The position numbers were made by a program, and so were the translations under genes. Below the pieces are notes generated by a model. It saw only the letters and a program-made list of their open reading frames with translations, was not told the origin of the DNA and did not search any database. This document shows, piece after piece, positions 17,401 through 27,513 of a stretch of 64,000 nucleotides of DNA (position 1 is the stretch's first letter; each line of letters starts with the position of its first letter). The stretch is from an uncultured Alphaproteobacteria bacterium. Its GTDB lineage: Bacteria > Pseudomonadota > Alphaproteobacteria > CAAHEQ01 > UBA3637. The stretch is taken from assembly GCA_934234055.1 (NCBI GenBank), contig CAKQGY010000002.1, forward strand, positions 74,427 through 138,426, given 5' to 3'.

Positions 17401-18825
17401 TCAAAAAGGATATAAATCCGGCAGACCCTTTTTCCGACGCGGACGAGCGGGGGAGACGGACTTGGGCAGAATATAATTGCGTTTTCTTTTATATATCAGT
17501 AAGATAGTTGCGACCATAACGGCCAAAGCAACCCCAAAAAATACCACTCCCCAAATCCACAGCATCCGAGACGGGGGCGGGGGGGGTGCAGGAGAAACGG
17601 GTGGTGCGGGTTGAATCCCAGACGGTTTCGGAGTCGGAAGCGGTTGGGCACGGGCGGGCTTGGGTGTCGGTTGAATCCCGGAAATTTCAATACTTTGCGC
17701 CGGCAGGACGGCGTCTTGCCACCTGTGGGTGCGGGTGTGATACCAGGGCAAATGAATTTCGGGCGTTTGAAGCATACCCGAGCGCAACGGCACGAACACA
17801 AATGTGCGACGGACGAGGCCTTGGATATCGCCGGTGGAAAGCGTGATGTTTTGGCGCGACTCGGCATCGGGATAAATCTGAAAATCCGAGGACTGCGGAA
17901 AAGTAATGGCGGGAAGTTGCTCGGCAGCAAGGCCGGTGGCGGCAACGGTAATTTGGCGGGTCAAAGTCTGATCATTGGCAAGCGGATCGGGGTGCTTGTC
18001 TTGGGCGGTGATGGTAATGTCCTCGGCCGGGAGCCACCACCCCTGCCCTGCTCCCGTCGGTGCAGATGAGACCGCTATGGTCAGCGGATCCGTGGTCAGA
18101 CGAATAGAATTATGGCCACCGCCCAGGCCGTCAAACAATTTACCCTCGGCATACAAAGCACCGGGTGTTTTGGGATAAAGGCCATAGACCTCGAAAGCCG
18201 GAATGGTGAGTGTGCCGGCGCGATTCGGAATAACAGCGTAAGTGCGCTCAAAAATACGGGCGGTGCGCTTGTCCAATGAGCCGAGATAGGAAGTATCACG
18301 ATCCAGCGGTATCAGGCGCGCGCCGTCAATATGCGGTGTGGTCATTTGGGCATTCATCAGACCCACGCCGTCCGAAAGGCGAATCGTGAGGAAGAAGCGC
18401 TGCTGCTCGTAAACGGTATCGACAGAAGTAAAGGCGGACAAGGCAACGGGGATATACTGGGCCTCGGGGGCGGGGGAAACTGTCAATGTGGCCGCGGGAA
18501 CCGTCAAGTCGCCCAACCGTAAATCACCGGTGCTCAGGGTGCCGGCTTGGCGCGGGTAAACATTATAAGTCAGCGTGTAATGGCTGCGATACGAAAGGCC
18601 CGAAGGAAGGGTGCTGTCGGATTTGTCAACGCCGGCAACCAAAAACGAACCGGCAAGCGGCGTCAAATCGGGCTCGGCCGAAAAAGGCTTGTCCGACTGA
18701 AAAACCAGGCGGGTGCTGTCACCCAGGGTAATCGCGGCCGGATCAAAAGAAGCCGCTAATCCTGCCTGTGCCAACGCACTGTGTCCACACAAAAAAACAA
18801 TCAGAAGCAAAAGATGAAACTTCAT
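17401..18825 (-). CDS. batD: BatD-like aerotolerance/oxygen-tolerance protein
   Basis: Signal peptide, a large periplasmic domain, then a Pro-rich region and a C-terminal TM anchor. It is the last gene of the batA-batB/C-batD arrangement. Confidence 0.6.
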   Translation of the reverse strand: MKFHLLLLIVFLCGHSALAQAGLAASFDPAAITLGDSTRLVFQSDKPFSAEPDLTPLAGSFLVAGVDKSDSTLPSGLSYRSHYTLTYNVYPRQAGTLSTGDLRLGDLTVPAATLTVSPAPEAQYIPVALSAFTSVDTVYEQQRFFLTIRLSDGVGLMNAQMTTPHIDGARLIPLDRDTSYLGSLDKRTARIFERTYAVIPNRAGTLTIPAFEVYGLYPKTPGALYAEGKLFDGLGGGHNSIRLTTDPLTIAVSSAPTGAGQGWWLPAEDITITAQDKHPDPLANDQTLTRQITVAATGLAAEQLPAITFPQSSDFQIYPDAESRQNITLSTGDIQGLVRRTFVFVPLRSGMLQTPEIHLPWYHTRTHRWQDAVLPAQSIEISGIQPTPKPARAQPLPTPKPSGIQPAPPVSPAPPPPPSRMLWIWGVVFFGVALAVMVATILLIYKRKRNYILPKSVSPARPRRKKGLPDLYPF

Positions 18826-20435
18826 TTTCCCTCCGTGTGGCGGATATATTGCCGCCGAATACGATAACGCAACAGGCCGTCCGTATCGGTCTGAATCTGG
18901 TTAAACAAACGCGCACTGACAGGGTCGGAAGACTGCGGCTCGGTCTGACCCGTGGGTTGGGGTGTGTCGCCACTTTCCGGGGCGGAATCCGGCTGTTCGG
19001 GGGATGGGGGCGGTGGTTCGGATTGCCGATCGCCTTGGGACTGAGGGGAAGAAGAATCGGAGGCGGAATCGGGTGCATTGTTCGCGGACGCAGGCGGAGA
19101 CGGTTCGGGCGAATCGTCGGGGTCGGTTTGGTCTGTGTCAGATTTCTCCGGTTCGGGCGGTGGGGGTTGCAGTTGCCGTTCCAGATATTCTTTATTATAC
19201 AAAGCATCGGCATGGTCGGGAACAACCTGCAACACACGGGCATAGGTGTCAATAGCCTCTTGAATCCGATTTTGGTGCGCCAACGCATTACCCAGATTAT
19301 ACAAATCATCCGGATTAAAGCCGGTCTGGAAAAGGTCGGCAGCGGCCTTGTAATGGCCGGCGCGATAGGCTTGAACACCGCGCAATTGCCGGGCATAGGA
19401 CTCTTGATCCGGACGATGCCAGAGGTCGGCATGCGCCTGAAACGACAAGCATAGCAGCAACGCAAACAACACATTCTTGCGGAACAGGTAAAGCATCAAC
19501 GGCAGGCTTAATAATACCAGAAAAACACCCATATCCTGCGGATAGGTCAATTGGCCGGCAGAAGCGGTGGTATCAGTCTCGGCCGTGGGATCGGTGCGAG
19601 AGAGAAGATCCTGTAAATCACCGGGGTCGGGAGTGGCCGCTCGGTAAGTGCCCAAACGACTGAGGCGATCGGAATCCAGGCGCGTCATCAGCACCTGTCC
19701 GGTCGGGGTCTTGGCAAAACCACCGTCTGGGAGTGAAACAGGATGCAACTCGGGCGAGCCGATTCCCAAAACACCGACTTTGTAAGGATATTTTTGAATG
19801 GTGGTGATGTCTTGCTCGGAGACAAAGGTGCCACCGGTCAGAAAAAGAATACGCCCCCGGCGCAGATGGGCTTGTTGGAAGAGTTTGCGAGCCTGCTGAA
19901 ATCCGGCAAGCACATCGGATTCGGAAGGTTCAGGCAACAGGTTATGACGCAGGGAGGGAAGCATCTGACGCAACAGGTTTTTATCATAGGTCAAGGGTGA
20001 GACAGTGTATCCGTATTTATCATAAATAACAATCCCAACCTGATCATCGGGCAGTAAGGTCAGCAAATCATAGACCTTTTGACGGACTTGGCGAATGTCG
20101 GAATCACTCATACCGGGGCCCAGGTCGGCCACCACCACCGTAGCGGGATAGGCGGCGCGAGTCGGAACAGAAATATCATACCACGCCGGCCCCGCAAGTG
20201 CCACGCACAAAAGACTCCATAACATCAGACGCAAATAATTAAAAATGCGGGTGCTTTTGTTTGCCGAACCGGTCAGCAGATACGGCAGTAGTTTCGGATC
20301 AATATGTGTGCGCCAAGGGGAGGATCCGGGACGCAGGCGATCCCGAATCCGGAAAAACACGGGAACCAATAAAAGCAATAAAAACCAAGGTCGCAAGAAC
20401 ATCATTGTTTCCGCCTTCCAAGCAAGGTGCTCCAT
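18822..20435 (-). CDS. batB: BatB/BatC-like vWA-domain plus TPR fusion protein
   Basis: N-terminal TM, a vWA domain and C-terminal TPR repeats with an acidic/Pro-rich tail. Overlaps batA and batD. Confidence 0.6.
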   Translation of the reverse strand: MEHLAWKAETMMFLRPWFLLLLLVPVFFRIRDRLRPGSSPWRTHIDPKLLPYLLTGSANKSTRIFNYLRLMLWSLLCVALAGPAWYDISVPTRAAYPATVVVADLGPGMSDSDIRQVRQKVYDLLTLLPDDQVGIVIYDKYGYTVSPLTYDKNLLRQMLPSLRHNLLPEPSESDVLAGFQQARKLFQQAHLRRGRILFLTGGTFVSEQDITTIQKYPYKVGVLGIGSPELHPVSLPDGGFAKTPTGQVLMTRLDSDRLSRLGTYRAATPDPGDLQDLLSRTDPTAETDTTASAGQLTYPQDMGVFLVLLSLPLMLYLFRKNVLFALLLCLSFQAHADLWHRPDQESYARQLRGVQAYRAGHYKAAADLFQTGFNPDDLYNLGNALAHQNRIQEAIDTYARVLQVVPDHADALYNKEYLERQLQPPPPEPEKSDTDQTDPDDSPEPSPPASANNAPDSASDSSSPQSQGDRQSEPPPPSPEQPDSAPESGDTPQPTGQTEPQSSDPVSARLFNQIQTDTDGLLRYRIRRQYIRHTEGK

Positions 20436-21436
20436 AAAACAAAGGCAGCAATCAGGGGATAAAAGAATAACTCACGCCGCGGGCGGACGGGACGGTCGGC
20501 GTCCGAGTCGGTTTCCAGTTCGTCAATCCGGTGATAGACCGAAATTAAATCGGCCGTTGTATCCACCCGAAAATAAATCCCGCCGGTTTGCTTGGCAATA
20601 TCGGCAAGGGCTTGCTCGTTCCAGCCGTAGGCCGATTCGCCACCGATAAAACGCCATAAAGCCGGCGTGTCCCCCTGCCCGGTTTTGAGGCCGATGGTGT
20701 AAACACGCACCCCTTGATCCCGGGCGAGATCCGTGGCTTGTTTTAAGGTGAGTTGACCGGCATTATTACCACCGTCCGACAGCAATACAATGACTTTCTT
20801 GTCCGCCGGGACAGAGGCACTGTTTTGCACACCCATGGCGAGCGCGTCACCGATAGCGGTCTTTTTACCCGTTAAATCCGTCACATCAGAAGCAATCTCG
20901 GAAAGCAATTCCTTAATCGTGCGGCCGTCGTGCGAGAGCGGAGCCAGGGTGTAGGCCTGTTTGCCGAAAATGACAATGCCCAGCTTGTCGCCCGAGCGCT
21001 TGTCAATAAAATCGTTGGCCACCAGTTTTACCACATCGGTGCGCGATAAAACACGATTCTGAACGACAAAATCACGCTGAGCCATGGAAGACGAAAAATC
21101 CAGCGCCAAAATTATGTTACGGGATTCTTGAGGTAAAATGCGGTTGCCCAGATACATCACAGGACGCATGGCCGCCACCACCAGGCAAAGCCAGATCAAA
21201 CCCCAAATCCAATCCGTGCGGGAGGTGCGGGCTGACTTGTCCAAATAGCCCAGAATCTCTAAACGTCGGTAAAACGGTGCACGCAAGAAACCGGCGGTAT
21301 CCGAATCAGCCTGTTTACAGGCCGGCGGCAGCAACCGGCGCACCACCCACGGCGTCGGCAATAACAGCAGCAAATACGGCCAAATAAAACTGAACATGCT
21401 TTCAATATAACCAAGCAACCGTCGAAAAGCAAACAT
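20402..21436 (-). CDS. batA: BatA-like vWA-domain membrane protein
   Basis: vWA domain with MIDAS (DFSSSM ... LLSDGGNNAG). The start is uncertain: TTG at 21445, ATG at 21436 or ATG at 21397 (MFSFIWPYLLL). Confidence 0.65.
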   Translation of the reverse strand: MFAFRRLLGYIESMFSFIWPYLLLLLPTPWVVRRLLPPACKQADSDTAGFLRAPFYRRLEILGYLDKSARTSRTDWIWGLIWLCLVVAAMRPVMYLGNRILPQESRNIILALDFSSSMAQRDFVVQNRVLSRTDVVKLVANDFIDKRSGDKLGIVIFGKQAYTLAPLSHDGRTIKELLSEIASDVTDLTGKKTAIGDALAMGVQNSASVPADKKVIVLLSDGGNNAGQLTLKQATDLARDQGVRVYTIGLKTGQGDTPALWRFIGGESAYGWNEQALADIAKQTGGIYFRVDTTADLISVYHRIDELETDSDADRPVRPRRELFFYPLIAAFVLWSTLLGRRKQ

Positions 21437-21537
21437 TTTTTTCAAAAACCGTTCCGAAAAGATAAACTCTTTCCTTGACTTGTGCGGATAAGTCGGTTAT
21501 ACTGCGCTGAAAACAACTTGCATTCCGATGAGGTCTT

Positions 21538-23313
21538 ATGCGTAAAGAAGAACGAAAAAGAATCAAAGAACAATTCAAAGAAATCAATATGGTGCGCAAC
21601 TATCGCCGGATGTGGCCGTATATTAAACCCTATTTGTTTCGGGCAATCCTGGCGGTGGTGATCACGATTCCCATCGGGTCTATGGACGCGGTGACGGCGT
21701 GGATCTTGAAGCCCTATATGGATACGGTTTTGATTGAAAAAAATATCGCGGCGGGTGCCTATATCCCGATCCTGATTATCGTATTTGCCTTGGTGCAAAG
21801 TTTGCTGAACTATGCGTCGTCTTACCTGAACAGCTGGGTCGGAAATAAAATTACGATGGATTTGAAGTTTGATCTGTTCAAAAAACTGATCCATAATGAT
21901 CCGGCGTTCTTTGACACCCGAACATCGGGCGAAATTCAAATGCGCTTTAACGGCGACGCGGATACGGCGTGTGTGGGCCTATTGAATAATATCAAGACTT
22001 TTATGATGCGCTTTTTCTCGTCGGTGGCATTGATCGTGGTGCTGTTTATCAATTCGTGGTTATTGTCCATCGTGGCGGTGGTGGCGTTGGGGCTGTCGCT
22101 GTATCCCCTGACACGCGTGCGTAAACGCATTAAAGGCATTGTGGAGCAGACCGTCTTTACCAGCTCACAAGTTATGACGCAATATAATGAGGCCTTTGTC
22201 GGAAACCGGGTGATTATGTCCTATAACCTGCAAAAAAGTCGAATTGCGACCTTTAAGCAAACGCTACGCGATATTTTCAAACTGGGAATGAAAATGGTCA
22301 AGCGGACGGCCTTTGTGACGCCGATGATGCACTTTTTAATCGCGGTCGGAATTGCGGGCGTGATTTGGCTGGGGAGTTATCTGATCGTCAACGGACATTT
22401 GTCGCCGGGGGGATTCGTGTCGTTTATTACGGCGCTGTTGATGCTGTATCACCCGATTAAATCTATCGGCAATGCCTATACCAGCGTGCAGACCTCGTTC
22501 CTGGCGATTGAACGGGTGTTTGAATTGCTGGAATGCAAGCCGACAATTAAAAGCAAACCCGGGGCGATGCAACTGACAAAAATCAAGCACGGGATTGAAT
22601 ATCGCAATGTTCAGTTTGAATATGTCGCGGGGCGGCCGATCCTGAAAGGCGTGAACCTGACGGTGCCGACGGGGCATTCTGTTGCCTTTGTGGGAAACTC
22701 GGGCGGCGGAAAAACCACTTTTGTGAACCTGCTGCCGCGCTTTTATGATGTGACGGGCGGAGCGGTTATGATTGACGGCACAGATGTGCGGGATATTGAC
22801 CTGTATTCGCTGCGCGATAAAATCGCCGTCGTGTTTCAAGATAATATCCTGTTTGACGGGACAATTCGGCAAAATATCCTGCTGGGGCGGGAAAATGCCG
22901 ATGATGCCGATGTCAAGAAAGCCGTGCATAACGCGTGCTTGGACGAATTTATAGATACTCTGCCGGCGGGGTTGGATACCGAAATCGGCGAACGCGGGGT
23001 GCTGCTCTCAGGGGGACAGCGGCAACGAATCGCAATTGCGCGGGCTTTCCTGAAAAATGCGCCGATCGTTATCTTGGATGAAGCCACATCGGCTTTGGAC
23101 AACAAGTCCGAACAGATCGTGCAACAGGCAATTTATAACCTGATGGCGGACAGAACCGTGTTTATCGTGGCACACCGCCTGTCAACCGTGCGCAATGCCG
23201 ATAAAATCGTGGTGATTGATCACGGAAAAATTGCCGAAACGGGATCGCATGATGAATTGATGAGTCGGCCGGATTCAATCTATGCATCGCTGTATCGCAC
23301 GCAATTGAAATAA
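21538..23313 (+). CDS. ABC transporter, fused permease/ATPase (MsbA/lipid A exporter family)
   Basis: Six-TM domain followed by an ABC ATPase (GNSGGGKTT, LSGGQRQRIAIARA, ILDEATSALD). Confidence 0.85.
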   Translation: MRKEERKRIKEQFKEINMVRNYRRMWPYIKPYLFRAILAVVITIPIGSMDAVTAWILKPYMDTVLIEKNIAAGAYIPILIIVFALVQSLLNYASSYLNSWVGNKITMDLKFDLFKKLIHNDPAFFDTRTSGEIQMRFNGDADTACVGLLNNIKTFMMRFFSSVALIVVLFINSWLLSIVAVVALGLSLYPLTRVRKRIKGIVEQTVFTSSQVMTQYNEAFVGNRVIMSYNLQKSRIATFKQTLRDIFKLGMKMVKRTAFVTPMMHFLIAVGIAGVIWLGSYLIVNGHLSPGGFVSFITALLMLYHPIKSIGNAYTSVQTSFLAIERVFELLECKPTIKSKPGAMQLTKIKHGIEYRNVQFEYVAGRPILKGVNLTVPTGHSVAFVGNSGGGKTTFVNLLPRFYDVTGGAVMIDGTDVRDIDLYSLRDKIAVVFQDNILFDGTIRQNILLGRENADDADVKKAVHNACLDEFIDTLPAGLDTEIGERGVLLSGGQRQRIAIARAFLKNAPIVILDEATSALDNKSEQIVQQAIYNLMADRTVFIVAHRLSTVRNADKIVVIDHGKIAETGSHDELMSRPDSIYASLYRTQLK

Positions 23314-23445
23314 ATCTGAAAAAAGACTTGATTTTTCGGGAAAAATAGTGTATAAAATATCCCGCCGGTCATCGGGACGGGCTGCGAATGCTATTCACCC
23401 CTGGAGGATTTCGTTCGTATCACTTTGTTATTTAAGGATAAAATT

Positions 23446-24120
23446 ATGAAAGCGACTTTATTAAACGCAACAAAACGTGAAAAAGCTGGTAAGGGGGCCT
23501 CTCGGGCAAATCGTCGGGCCGGTCTGATTCCTGCTGTTATTTATGGAGATAAAAAGGCACCTGTGATGATTTCTTTGGAAGAAAAAGTTTTGGTTGCCGA
23601 AATGGCGAAAAAAGGTCTGTGGACCCGCCAGTTTGAAATCACAGCCGATGGCAACAGTTTCCATGCGCTGTGTCAAGATATTCAAAAACACCCGGTCTCG
23701 GGTCGGCCGATTCATGCGGACTTCTTGCGGATTTCCAAGAACTCGCTGTTGACGCTGGACATTCCGTTGGAATTTATCAACGAAGCAACTGCTCCGGGTA
23801 TCAAGAAAGGCGGCGTGCTGAACATCGTGCACCGGACCGTGGAAGTGAAATGTACACCGGACAATATCCCCGAATCCTTTACCGTGGACTTGGGTGCGGC
23901 CGAAATCGGCGATTCCTTTACGGCTTTTGCCCTGCAAATGCCCAAGGGTGTGTCTTTGACAGCCGAAGAAGACTTTACGGTTGCCACAATCGTGACTCCG
24001 ACACAAGAGGATGATACAACAACAGCGGCCGCGGCAACAACCGATACGGCTGCGGCAACAGCGGCTCCGGCGGCAGCGGCAACAGCGGCAGCTCCGGCGG
24101 CTGATGCAGCGAAGAAGTAG
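23446..24120 (+). CDS. rplY: 50S ribosomal protein L25 / general stress protein Ctc, with Ala/Thr-rich C-terminal tail
   Basis: The N-terminal REKAGKGASRANRRAGLIPAVIYG motif is typical of L25. The start was moved to MKATL, after an AAGGA SD. Confidence 0.85.
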   Translation: MKATLLNATKREKAGKGASRANRRAGLIPAVIYGDKKAPVMISLEEKVLVAEMAKKGLWTRQFEITADGNSFHALCQDIQKHPVSGRPIHADFLRISKNSLLTLDIPLEFINEATAPGIKKGGVLNIVHRTVEVKCTPDNIPESFTVDLGAAEIGDSFTAFALQMPKGVSLTAEEDFTVATIVTPTQEDDTTTAAAATTDTAAATAAPAAAATAAAPAADAAKK

Positions 24121-24126
24121 GCAAGC

Positions 24127-24687
24127 ATGCATTTGTTGGTGGGACTGGGAAATCCGGGAACGGAATATGCCAAGACACGCCACAATGTCGGTTTTATGGC
24201 GGTGGACGAAATTGCCCACCGCTATTCTTTTGCCCCGTTTAAGGATAAGTTAAAAGGCCAAATCAGTCGCGGCGAAATTGACGGCAAGTCGGTGCTGCTG
24301 TTGAAACCGCAAACTTTTATGAACCTGTCTGGCGAATCAGTGGCGGCGGTATGTGCCTTTTATAAAATCAAACCCGAAGAAATCATCGTTTTTCACGACG
24401 ATATGGACCTGAAAGTCGGGAAAGTCAAGGTTAAATACGGAGGATCTGCCGGCGGGCATAATGGCCTGAAAAGCATTGATGCGCACATCGGGCAGGCCTA
24501 TGGGCGTGTGCGAATCGGGACGGATAAACCGCTACTGAAAGCGCAAGTGGTGGATTGGGTCTTGCACCCGTTCGGGCCGGAAGATCGGGCACAAATTGAT
24601 GCTTTAATCACTAAAATCGTCGACTATCTGCCGTTGCTGTTGGACAAGAATGAGCAAACCTTTATGAACAGATTGAACGGGCAATAA
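24127..24687 (+). CDS. pth: Peptidyl-tRNA hydrolase
   Basis: LLVGLGNPG..YAKTRHNVGF N-terminus and the HNGLKS motif. Confidence 0.9.
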   Translation: MHLLVGLGNPGTEYAKTRHNVGFMAVDEIAHRYSFAPFKDKLKGQISRGEIDGKSVLLLKPQTFMNLSGESVAAVCAFYKIKPEEIIVFHDDMDLKVGKVKVKYGGSAGGHNGLKSIDAHIGQAYGRVRIGTDKPLLKAQVVDWVLHPFGPEDRAQIDALITKIVDYLPLLLDKNEQTFMNRLNGQ

Positions 24688-25769
24688 TGACAGACGCGGA
24701 ATTGATTAAAGCGGCGGCCTATCTGATGGAGCGCATCGGCGATCGCGCAACGCCCGCCAACGATATTATCGGGGACTATGTGCGGACACACCGATACCTG
24801 ACGGCGGAAGAACGGGCGAAATTACTGGACATGGTGTGGACGGCAATTCGAGCAACAGCACGCCTGAAATATGCCTATCCCGAATGCTCTTGGGTGGAAC
24901 GATTGCAGCACCTGAGCCACACGGGTGTGCCGGATTGCGCCGATGCACCGAATTGGGTGCGGTGGGAAGTGCCGGAATGGTTCCCGGCTCATGTGCCGGA
25001 GGCCGAATTAGAATTACCGCAAATGCTGGGGAATGCACCGATTATCCTGCGCGCAAACGGGAATCGGGATAAGGTGATCGCCGCTTTGGCCGAGGAAGGT
25101 GTGGCGGTTGAACCCTGCGCACAATCGCCGTTCGGATTGATTTTGCCGAAATTTCAGGATCTGACGGGGACAAAGGTCTATAAAAAAGGCCTGCTGGAAA
25201 TACAAGATGAAGGAGCGCAGTTGGTGGCCCTGGACATCGGGGTTAAACCCAAGCAAGATGTGTTTGACTTTTGCGCCGGTGTGGGCGGAAAGTCCTTAAT
25301 CTTTGCACAAATGATGGAAAATCGCGGCCTGATACAAGCATACGATATTATGCCGAAACGCTTGTTTGAACTGACAAAACGGGCGGCGCGGGCCCATGTC
25401 AGCATTATTAAAATCGTGCCGAAACTGCCCGAACCGCACAAAAAGTTTGATCATGTGGTGGTTGATGCACCGTGCTCGGGGACGGGAACGTGGCGACGCA
25501 TGCCGGATATGCGGTGGAAATTTTCGGAAAAACAACTGGCAAATATCATCAAGACGCAAGCGGAAATCCTGAACCGCGCGGAACGATATGTCAAAAACGG
25601 GCACTATCTGTCGTATATTACCTGCTCGCTGACGCAGGACGAAAACGAGGCGCAAGTGGCGGCCTTTTTGAAAACACACCCGAACTATGCCGTGTTAAAG
25701 CAAAAACGCTATTCCCCGTGGCGGACAAAGACCGACGGGTTTTTCCTGTGCCTGATGCAAAAACGATAG
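24687..25769 (+). CDS. RsmB/RsmF (NOL1/NOP2/Sun) family rRNA m5C methyltransferase
   Basis: SAM motif DFCAGVGGKS and catalytic DAPCSGTGT. TAATG overlap with pth. Confidence 0.75.
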   Translation: MTDAELIKAAAYLMERIGDRATPANDIIGDYVRTHRYLTAEERAKLLDMVWTAIRATARLKYAYPECSWVERLQHLSHTGVPDCADAPNWVRWEVPEWFPAHVPEAELELPQMLGNAPIILRANGNRDKVIAALAEEGVAVEPCAQSPFGLILPKFQDLTGTKVYKKGLLEIQDEGAQLVALDIGVKPKQDVFDFCAGVGGKSLIFAQMMENRGLIQAYDIMPKRLFELTKRAARAHVSIIKIVPKLPEPHKKFDHVVVDAPCSGTGTWRRMPDMRWKFSEKQLANIIKTQAEILNRAERYVKNGHYLSYITCSLTQDENEAQVAAFLKTHPNYAVLKQKRYSPWRTKTDGFFLCLMQKR

Positions 25770-25963
25770 GCCTAGAACACGCGCTCTTTTTGCTTTATGT
25801 GCGCGTAAAGTTGCCAGCCGTTGGCTTGTTTGGAAACAACTTTACAGGGTTGGGAGCGCGGAACCGGCAAAATCGGCGACCGGGACAGTCCGGGGGTCGG
25901 TTTAGACACTTTACGGGCGGCGCTGGCCGTGATTAAATGACTGTATTGCATAAAGCCCCTGCC

Positions 25964-26155
25964 CTAGTGCCGAATATACGACCGAAGGCGCGCATTGACA
26001 TGCAGGTTGCGCTTGATGATGTCTTGGCGACTGATGGATTGCTTTTTGGGCGTTTTTTTGTCCCGGGGGCACTCCCAAGAAGGGACATCACTCAGAGCGC
26101 GAAAGCTGACATTATAAATAAAATGTAATTCGTTTAATAAAATCTTTTTGTTCAT
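25964..26155 (-). CDS. Hypothetical small basic protein (63 aa)
   Basis: Minus-strand promoter TTGCCA-17-TATAAT (26175-26203) and a GGAGA SD are present. AT-rich, no family assignable. Confidence 0.4.
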   Translation of the reverse strand: MNKKILLNELHFIYNVSFRALSDVPSWECPRDKKTPKKQSISRQDIIKRNLHVNARLRSYIRH

Positions 26156-26297
26156 GGTTATTCTCCAAGGGAAAATTATATCACTTTTTGGGAATTTTGG
26201 CAAGAAGAAAAGAAAAACGGAGAGAGAAATGTTACATTCGTGATTTGGGCATTGCCGTGGCAACAGGGGGGGGGACAATAATAAGTTGACTCTTTGA

Positions 26298-26342
26298 TTA
26301 TGGATTCTTCGGAGCAGAATTCCCCTGTTTGCCCAGAATGAC
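26298..26342. repeat. Palindromic interspersed repeat, copy C (subtype 1)
   Basis: ATTATGGATTCTTCGGAGCAGAATTCCCCTGTTTGCCCAGAATGA. Confidence 0.65.
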
Positions 26343-26373
26343 GGCAAAGTAGAATTTGCGTGTTAAAAAAAAT

Positions 26374-26402
26374 TTGACACAAATAAATTATTGTGGTATA
26401 AT
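26374..26402 (+). promoter_or_regulatory. Sigma70 promoter TTGACA-17-TATAAT
   Basis: Consensus hexamers upstream of the 26439 gene. Confidence 0.55.
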
Positions 26403-26438
26403 AATGGTATAAAGTTTAATTTACAAGGAGGTTATACA

Positions 26439-27161
26439 ATGACTTTTAAGAAAACACTGACTGGGATTGCTTTGGCTGCGGGAGCCATGGTGGCACCGAT
26501 GACCAAAGCCGAGACAAAACCGGCGGATACACCGGCAAAAACTCAGGAAGCCGCGCAAGGTGAAAAAATCACGATGCCGGATTGGATCCCGACAACTGCC
26601 GACGGTAAGTTTGATGAGAAAAAAGCCCATGAACAAGCCGATATGCTGTGGCAAGAAAATGGCGATGCTATTCAGAAATATGCCGATGATGTGGCTGCCG
26701 GTGTGCCGGAAGAAATTGCCTTTACCAAGTTTGCTCACAATTTGGCAAAAGGTGATAAAGAACAAGAAAAACAAATCCTGTCTCTGTATGATGCCGTCAA
26801 AAAAACACGCGAGCAACGCCAAGGGAATATGACAGATGATTCGTTTTTCAAAGCGTGTAATGCAGGAGGGTTGTTTTTTGCATTTTTGGTTTTTTCTTCT
26901 TCTTTGTTAGGAGGAATGAACGATAAAAAAGTGGGGCGCTACTTGAGCATTGCTAATGTTACCGCATTGGCGGTATTCACTCTATCAAAATGGGTAAATC
27001 CAAATCAAGTTACAAAAAACACATTTGTTGACTTTCAAAAACAAATGCATCAAGCCTATACGCAACAAATAAATGGCGATAAGAACTATACGATAACCGA
27101 CATGGCAACGGCCCGGAAGATGATCCAAATGGCGCAAGGCGTCAAAGGAGCAGAAAGATAG
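26439..27161 (+). CDS. Hypothetical secreted protein (signal peptide, Lys/Glu-rich, C-terminal hydrophobic segment)
   Basis: AGGAGG SD 7 nt upstream. The N-terminus MTFKKTLTGIALAAGAMVAPMTKA has a signal-peptide-like profile. Low-GC islet. Confidence 0.55.
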   Translation: MTFKKTLTGIALAAGAMVAPMTKAETKPADTPAKTQEAAQGEKITMPDWIPTTADGKFDEKKAHEQADMLWQENGDAIQKYADDVAAGVPEEIAFTKFAHNLAKGDKEQEKQILSLYDAVKKTREQRQGNMTDDSFFKACNAGGLFFAFLVFSSSLLGGMNDKKVGRYLSIANVTALAVFTLSKWVNPNQVTKNTFVDFQKQMHQAYTQQINGDKNYTITDMATARKMIQMAQGVKGAER

Positions 27162-27245
27162 GTCGTTTGGGTGTTATGTCTGCGAAAGGCCTGCCGGTAA
27201 AAACCGGTGGGCTTTTTCTTTTTTTAGGGGGGAAAATAAAGAATT

Positions 27246-27304
27246 GGTGTTCAATGGATTCTTCGGGGGCAGGTCCCCTTGCCTCTCGCAATGACAGCGG
27301 GGGT
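27246..27304. repeat. Palindromic interspersed repeat, copy D (subtype 1). A second left-arm-less copy lies at 27357-27419
   Basis: GTTCAATGGATTCTTCGGGGGCAGGTCCCCTTGCCTCTCGCAATGA. Downstream, GGCAGGTCCTCG...CTCAGAATGATGGGAGAGAGAGGAGAATGACGGGAGGGAAG. Confidence 0.7.
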
Positions 27305-27513
27305 GGACTGGTTCAAGGCAAAGGTTCATTGCTTTGCGCACCCCACCCGGCCACCGGCAGGTCCTCGCTTACGCAGTGCTCAGAATGATGGGAGAGAGAG
27401 GAGAATGACGGGAGGGAAGCAGCGGTAGGGAAAGGACGAGGCTAAAAAATAAAGAAATAAAAGTTGTGAAGAAAGAAAAAATATGATATCCTGCTGGGAA
27501 AGGAGAATGTGCT

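Noticed and set aside
18743-19474. Overlapping 243-aa (minus) and 228-aa (plus, 18768-19454) ORFs inside the batB/C gene
   Set aside because: These are alternative-frame and antisense products of a GC- and Pro-codon-rich region, with Arg/Pro/Gly low-complexity translations.
17401-21445. Considered calling a complete Bat/MoxR aerotolerance operon
   Set aside because: Only batA, batB/C and batD are present. The expected upstream moxR ATPase and DUF58 genes are replaced by a divergently oriented ABC exporter, so only a partial operon can be asserted.
25472-25936. 154-aa plus-strand ORF downstream of the rsmB-like gene
   Set aside because: It is mostly antisense or overlapping with the rsmB-like gene, with GC-rich low-complexity translation. 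It is more likely intergenic or a 3' UTR.
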